Of a stretch of 44,705 nt of DNA, positions 39,160 through 44,705 are shown in pieces. The notes under the pieces were generated by a model that had not been told where the DNA came from, searched no databases, and saw nothing but the letters and a program-made list of their open reading frames with translations. This DNA is from Tubiluchus corallicola (taxonomy: Eukaryota > Animalia > Priapulida): NCBI GenBank assembly GCA_030141605.1, contig JAQGDQ010001358.1, forward strand, positions 1 to 44,705. The letters are read 5' to 3'. Made by a program: the position numbers and the translations under genes. The stretch's first letter is position 1. Every line of letters begins with the position of its first letter.

Positions 39160-39520
39160 CGTTGCTGCTGTTGTTGTTCCTGTTGTTGTTGTCGCTGTCG
39201 TTCTCGTTCTTGTTGTTATTGTCGTTGTCATTGTCGTTGTTGTTGTTGTTGTTGTTGTTCTGACTGCTGCTGCTGCTGCTGTTGCTTGTTGCCGTTGCTG
39301 TTGCTGCTGCTGCTACTGTTGTTGTTGTTCTTGTCATTCTTGTTGTTCTTGTCGTTGTCACTGTTGCTGTCACTCCCCCTGTCGTCATCGTTGCTGTCGC
39401 TGCTGCTGCTGCTTTGTTGTTGTTACTGCTGTTTCTGCTGCTCCTGCTGCTGTTGGTATTGTTGCTGTTACTGCTGCTGCTCTACTACTGTTGTTGCTGT
39501 TGCTGCTGCTTCTGCTGCAT
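38934..39520. repeat. (GTT/GCT)n degenerate microsatellite
   Basis: Directly visible. Confidence 0.93.
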
Positions 39521-39688
39521 TTGATATTTTTATTTTTTGGGGCCATCAGTCTGTAACTAACTGTGAAAATGTAGCATTGTCGTCATTCCTGTCATTGCTG
39601 CGCTTTTTATTTATGTTTACGTTTATGTCACCATCATCATCACATTTTCATCATCATAATCATCAGCACCATCATCATCATCATCATC

Positions 39689-40386
39689 ATTGGCGTTGTA
39701 ATCATTACAGCCATATTGACGTACAGTGTTGTCGGTACTGCCTTTATCATTTGAACACTGTGTTCATTTGGTGGCATTAAGTATGCTTATGTTGGTTTCC
39801 TCGTCGTCACCAATGTCATCATCATCATCATCATCATCGTCGTCGTCGTCGTCGTCGTCATCATCATCATCATCATCATCATAATCATCATCACCATCAT
39901 CATCGTCATCATCAATTTCATCATCGTCATCTTCACCATCATCATCATCATCATCATCGGTGATGTCATCATTACTGCCATTTTGATAAGAGCGTACAGT
40001 GTTGTCGGTACTGCCTTTATCATTTGAACACTGTGTTCATTTTTTGGCATTAAGTGTGCTTATGTTGGTTTCCTCGTCGTCATCAATGTCATCGTCATCG
40101 TCATCATCATCATCATGATCATCATCATCATCGTCGTCGTTGTCGTCGTCGTCGTCGTCATCATCATCATCATCGTTCGTCGTCGTCGTCGTCGTCGTCG
40201 TCATCATCGTCATTGTCGTCGTCATCGTCGTCATCATCATCATCATCATCATTGGCGATGTCATCATTACAGCCATATTGACGTACAGTGTTGTCGGTAC
40301 TGCCTTTATCATTTGAACACTGTGTTCATTTTGAGGCATTAAGTATGCTTATGTTGGTTTCCTCCTCGTCATGAATGTTATCGTCG

Positions 40387-40418
<32 letters not shown>

Positions 40419-40847
40419 ATCATCATCATCATCATCATCGTTACTGTCGTCGTCGTCACTGTCGTCGTCGTTATCATCATCATCATCATCATCATCATCG
40501 ACGATGTCATCATTACAGCCATATTGACGCTAGCGTACAGTGTTGTCGGTACTGCCTTTATCATAAGAACACTGTGTTCATTTTGTGGCATTAAGTATGC
40601 TTATGTTGGTTTCCTCGTCGTCATCAATATTATCGTCGTCATCATCATCATCATCATCATCATCGTCGTCATCGTCGTCGTCATCATCATCATCATCGTC
40701 GTCGTCGTCGTCATCAACATCGTCGTCGTCGTCATCATCATCATCATCATCGACGATGTCATTCATCATTACAGCGATATTGACGCTAGCGTACAGTGTT
40801 GTCGGTATCATTTGAACACTGTGTTCATTTTGTGGCATTAAGTATGG
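39689..40847. repeat. Five conserved ~125-bp repeats separated by variable (CAT/CGT)n spacers
   Basis: CATTACAGCCATATTGACG..TACAGTGTTGTCGGTACTGCCTTTATCATTTGAACACTGTGTTCATTTTG.GGCATTAAGTATG at ~39689, 39958, 40250, 40498 and 40750. Confidence 0.92.
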
Positions 40848-41556
40848 CATGATCTCAACTGGAAAAACGTCTCACGGGACAATGAATATTTAATTCATGA
40901 CACAGCACGCTCATTAGCTGGTTAATTAAGGTTTGCAAGATACGATTTGATAGTGACCTTGGGAATCAGTTGATTAAGGCGTTCGAGTTGATTGGTTGTC
41001 AAGAGCGTGAATAATGAGAACCGTAAGGGGTGTCTGAAGAATACTCGAGTTCATTCATCATAGCGCCATATGACTTTTGATTAACACCGCAGCTGCGTGT
41101 GCAGAAATAACTTAATAAAGGCGTGGAAGCCGCGACTGATTTATTGGTTTTGATTAGAGCACGCTGCGACAATGGATAGAGTTGGCTTCTTCGCTGCTGT
41201 AATATGGAGATGGAGGTGGTGAAGCCAGGCGGATTGGTTTAGTCTTTGGTAGCGGTCAAATGTTGCAGGACAACCTGTTTCTATGAAAATATCTCGAGGT
41301 GTTTTTCGTCTCTTAATCTTGTATTATTTTGTCTAGAAATTTAGTCTGTTCATCAAGGTCTTCAGCATCTTTGACGCTTAAGATCATTTCTGCCTTGCCA
41401 GTTAATTTCGGAAGTGGTGCTGACAAGCCACTGGCATAGCAGTGTCTAGTTTTCAGCTGTATAATTGCTGTGTTTTCCTGTCTCAAGGACATGTAATTTC
41501 TTTTATTTTAGAATTCTAGTGGCCGTATCTACAACAGGTAATGGGCGTGATGACGC

Positions 41557-41794
41557 ATGATGATGATGGCGATGGTGATGATGGTGATGATGCTGATGAT
41601 GATGGCGGTGGTGATGATGACGATGATATTGATGATGACGGTGATGATGATGACGATGATATTGATGATGATGGTGATGGTGATGATGATATTGATGATG
41701 ACGGTGATGATGATGACGATGATATTGATGATGATGGTGATGGTGATGATGATATTGATGATGATGATGATGCTGATGATGATGATGATGATGC

Positions 41795-41874
<80 letters not shown>

Positions 41875-42973
41875 TTAATGAAGATGATGGTGATGATGAT
41901 GGTGATGATGATTATGACGATGACTATGACGACGACGACCACGACGACCACGACGACGACGATGGTGGTGATGATGATGATGAAGATCTGCCTTTAAGAT
42001 GAGGTGACTAAGCTACTTTCAGGTCTAACTGAACTCCCCCCGAATCAGATAGGATCTGTATGACAAATGAAAGTAGAGCATATAACATTACAGTCACGCA
42101 TCCATTCAACGACCGGCCTCAGCATTGCTTAACTTTGATCTTTAATCATGCACAAGCGTATGGAAAATTTTTAGTAAGATTTCAATAAATAACAGGGAGA
42201 CTCATGAACACACCTGTAATTCATATAGTTGATACTTTGGGTGTGCTTGTTGCCTTTCTTTAGTAAAGGCTAACGTAACGAATTTTTGCAACCAACGTGT
42301 TCATCCTCACTGCAGACCCTACAGGGAGTATTGCACAGAATACTAGGCAGAATTTTGTCGTCAGAACTGATGACTCAGCGATTCGAAGTGTAAATTTCCG
42401 CTTGCAATTTATTTAAATTAGAAATTTCCACGTTAATAAATCCGCCCTGCTTAAACAAATGTGTCAATTTGCAACGCTGTACTCAGCGATTATAAAACAA
42501 CATGGGGGAAAATCCAGCACGGCGCAGAACCAATATTTACACAGGGCAAAGTCAACTGGCTCAGTCTGGAAAAACCAGGAGTTCCTGGCAACAACCACAC
42601 CCAAAGTATCAACTGTGTGAATTGCAGGTGTATTCCTGACTATCCCAGTTAATTATTGCCATCTTAATGTGTATGAAGATTATTGTTAAAGGGCAACAAC
42701 CAAAACAATTTCAATGTATATTCCAAAAAAGATTTCCGTGCAAGAAGCCTACGCCTGTGCATGATTAAAGCCGGTCGTTGAATGGATGCGTGACTGTAAG
42801 GTTAAATGCTCTACTTTCATTTGTCATACAGATCCTATCTGATTCACGGGGAGTTCAGCTAGAGTTCAGTAGCTTAGTCACCTTATCTTACAGGCAGATC
42901 TTCATCATTACCATCATCATCATCATCATCAGTATCATCATCGTCATCGTCATCGCCATCGTCATCGTCATCG

Positions 42974-43015
<42 letters not shown>

Positions 43016-43714
43016 GTATCATCATCGTCATCGTCATCATCATCATCATCATCACCATCACCATCGTCATCAATATCATCGTCATCATCACCACTACCAT
43101 CATCATCATCTTCATCAGTATCATCATCGTCACCGTCATCGTCATCATCATCATCATCATCACCATCACCATCACCATCATCATCACCATCACCATCATC
43201 ATCAATATCATCGTCATCATCGTCATCATCACCACCAGCACCACCACCACAACCACTCTTAAATAAAAATCCACATGTCAGTTGCAACAGCAGTGTCACA
43301 ATGTTAATATTGAGAAACGAGCAAGAATTTGCATTATCGGATTTGGCTTCTTTCCAGAGCTTCCCTTTTTCCCTGCATTCAAAGCTAATCCTAGCTGTGA
43401 TTAATAAGGAAGCCCTCTGTGAATAATAAGCCTTCGTCTTGAGAGCCGTGAATGGGTCCCGTGCATACCAATGAAATCATAGTAGCACATGAGCCGAATT
43501 AATAAACGATTCATCACACTGAGTGATGCTGATTTGACTGAGTTGACGATTCTGCTCCGTTTTTCAATATTAACATTGTGACACTGCTGTTGCAACTGAC
43601 ATGTGGATTTTTATTTAAGAGTGGTTGTGGTGGTGGTGGTGGTGGTGATGATGACGATGATGACGATGATATTGATGATGATCGTGATGGTGATGATGAT
43701 GGTGATGATGATGG

Positions 43715-43751
<37 letters not shown>

Positions 43752-43972
43752 ATTGATGATGATAATGATGATGGTAGTGGTGATGATGACGATGATATTG
43801 ATGATGATGGTGATGATGATGATGATGGTGATGATGATAATGATGATGATGATGATGATGATGATGATCATGATTACGACGATGACGACGATGATGATGA
43901 TGGTGATGATTATGGTGACGATGCCGATGACGATGATGATGATAACGACGACGACGACGATGATGATGATGG

Positions 43973-44024
<52 letters not shown>

Positions 44025-44705
44025 GATCTGCCTATAAGATGAGGTGACTAAGCTACTTTCAGGTCTAACTGAACTCCCCCTGAATCAGATAGGATCTGTA
44101 TAACAAATGAAAGTAGAGCATTTAACCTTACAGTCACGCATCCATTCAACGACCGGACTCAGCATTGCTTAACTTTGATCTTTAATCATGCACAGGCGTA
44201 TGCTTCTGGCACGGAAACCTTTTTGTAATATACATTAAAATTTCTTTGGTTCTTGCCCTTTAATAATCTTCATACACATTAAGATGGCAATAATTAACTG
44301 GGAGAGTCAGGAATACACCTGCAATTCATACAGTTGATACTTTGGGTGTGGTTGTTGCCAGGAACTCCTGGTTTTTCCAGACTGAGCCAGTTGACTTTGC
44401 CCTGTGTAAATATTGGTTCTGCACCATGCTGGATTTTCCCCCATGTTGTTTTATAATCGCTGAGTACAGCGTTGCAAATTGACACATTTGTTTAAGCCGG
44501 GCGGATTTATTAACGTGGAAATTTCTAATTTAAATAAATTGCAAGCGGAAATTTACACTTCGAATCGCTGAGTCATCAGTTCTGACGACAAAATTCTGCC
44601 TAGTATTCTGTGTAATACTCCCTGTAGGGTCTGCAGTGAGGATGAACACGTTGGTTGCAAAAATTCGTTACGTTAGCCTTTACTAAAGAAAGGCAACAAG
44701 CACAC
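41557..44705. repeat. Nested inverted repeat A-B-A'-C-A-B'-A' with (GAT)n in each A arm
   Basis: A1 ~41557-42254 (+), B 42255-42586, A2 42587-43328 (-), C 43329-43548, A3 43549-44359 (+), B' 44360-44691 (reverse complement of B), A4 starts at 44692 (-). The ORF track independently shows 42461..42652(+) matching 44294..44485(-). Confidence 0.9.

Noticed and set aside
42461-42652. 63-aa ORF duplicated at 44294..44485
   Set aside because: GTG start and no recognisable domain; its conservation simply reflects the recent inverted duplication.

Overview
Gene-poor, repeat-saturated animal genomic DNA with one 510-N assembly gap. The 5S-like sequence suggests a mollusc or other lophotrochozoan (inference). 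I can support no intact protein-coding gene; almost every listed ORF is a microsatellite, satellite or gap artefact. The window contains: (i) decayed 3' ends of several LINE clades (RTE x4 loci, Rex1/Babar, CR1-like x2, L2/Crack-like); (ii) two families of TTAA-flanked, AG..CT-ended Kolobok-type non-autonomous DNA transposons and a foldback-like MITE; (iii) a full-length 5S rRNA-like head with no terminator, fused to a body ending in (CAA)n, i.e. a probable SINE3 with a triplicated 3' end, plus an older 5S-promoter relic; (iv) at least eight unrelated mini/satellite arrays (23, 28, 41, 50, ~60, 72, 74, 148 bp) and many long microsatellites; (v) a decayed Penelope-type hammerhead ribozyme; (vi) an array of conserved hairpin-bearing repeats separated by variable (CAT/CGT)n spacers; (vii) a nested palindrome (A-B-A'-C-A-B'-A') at the right end whose arms each carry an Asp/Gly-rich frame ending EDLP[L/V/I]R-stop. 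Items iii, vi and vii are the best candidates for something undescribed. All alignments were done by eye and boundaries are approximate.
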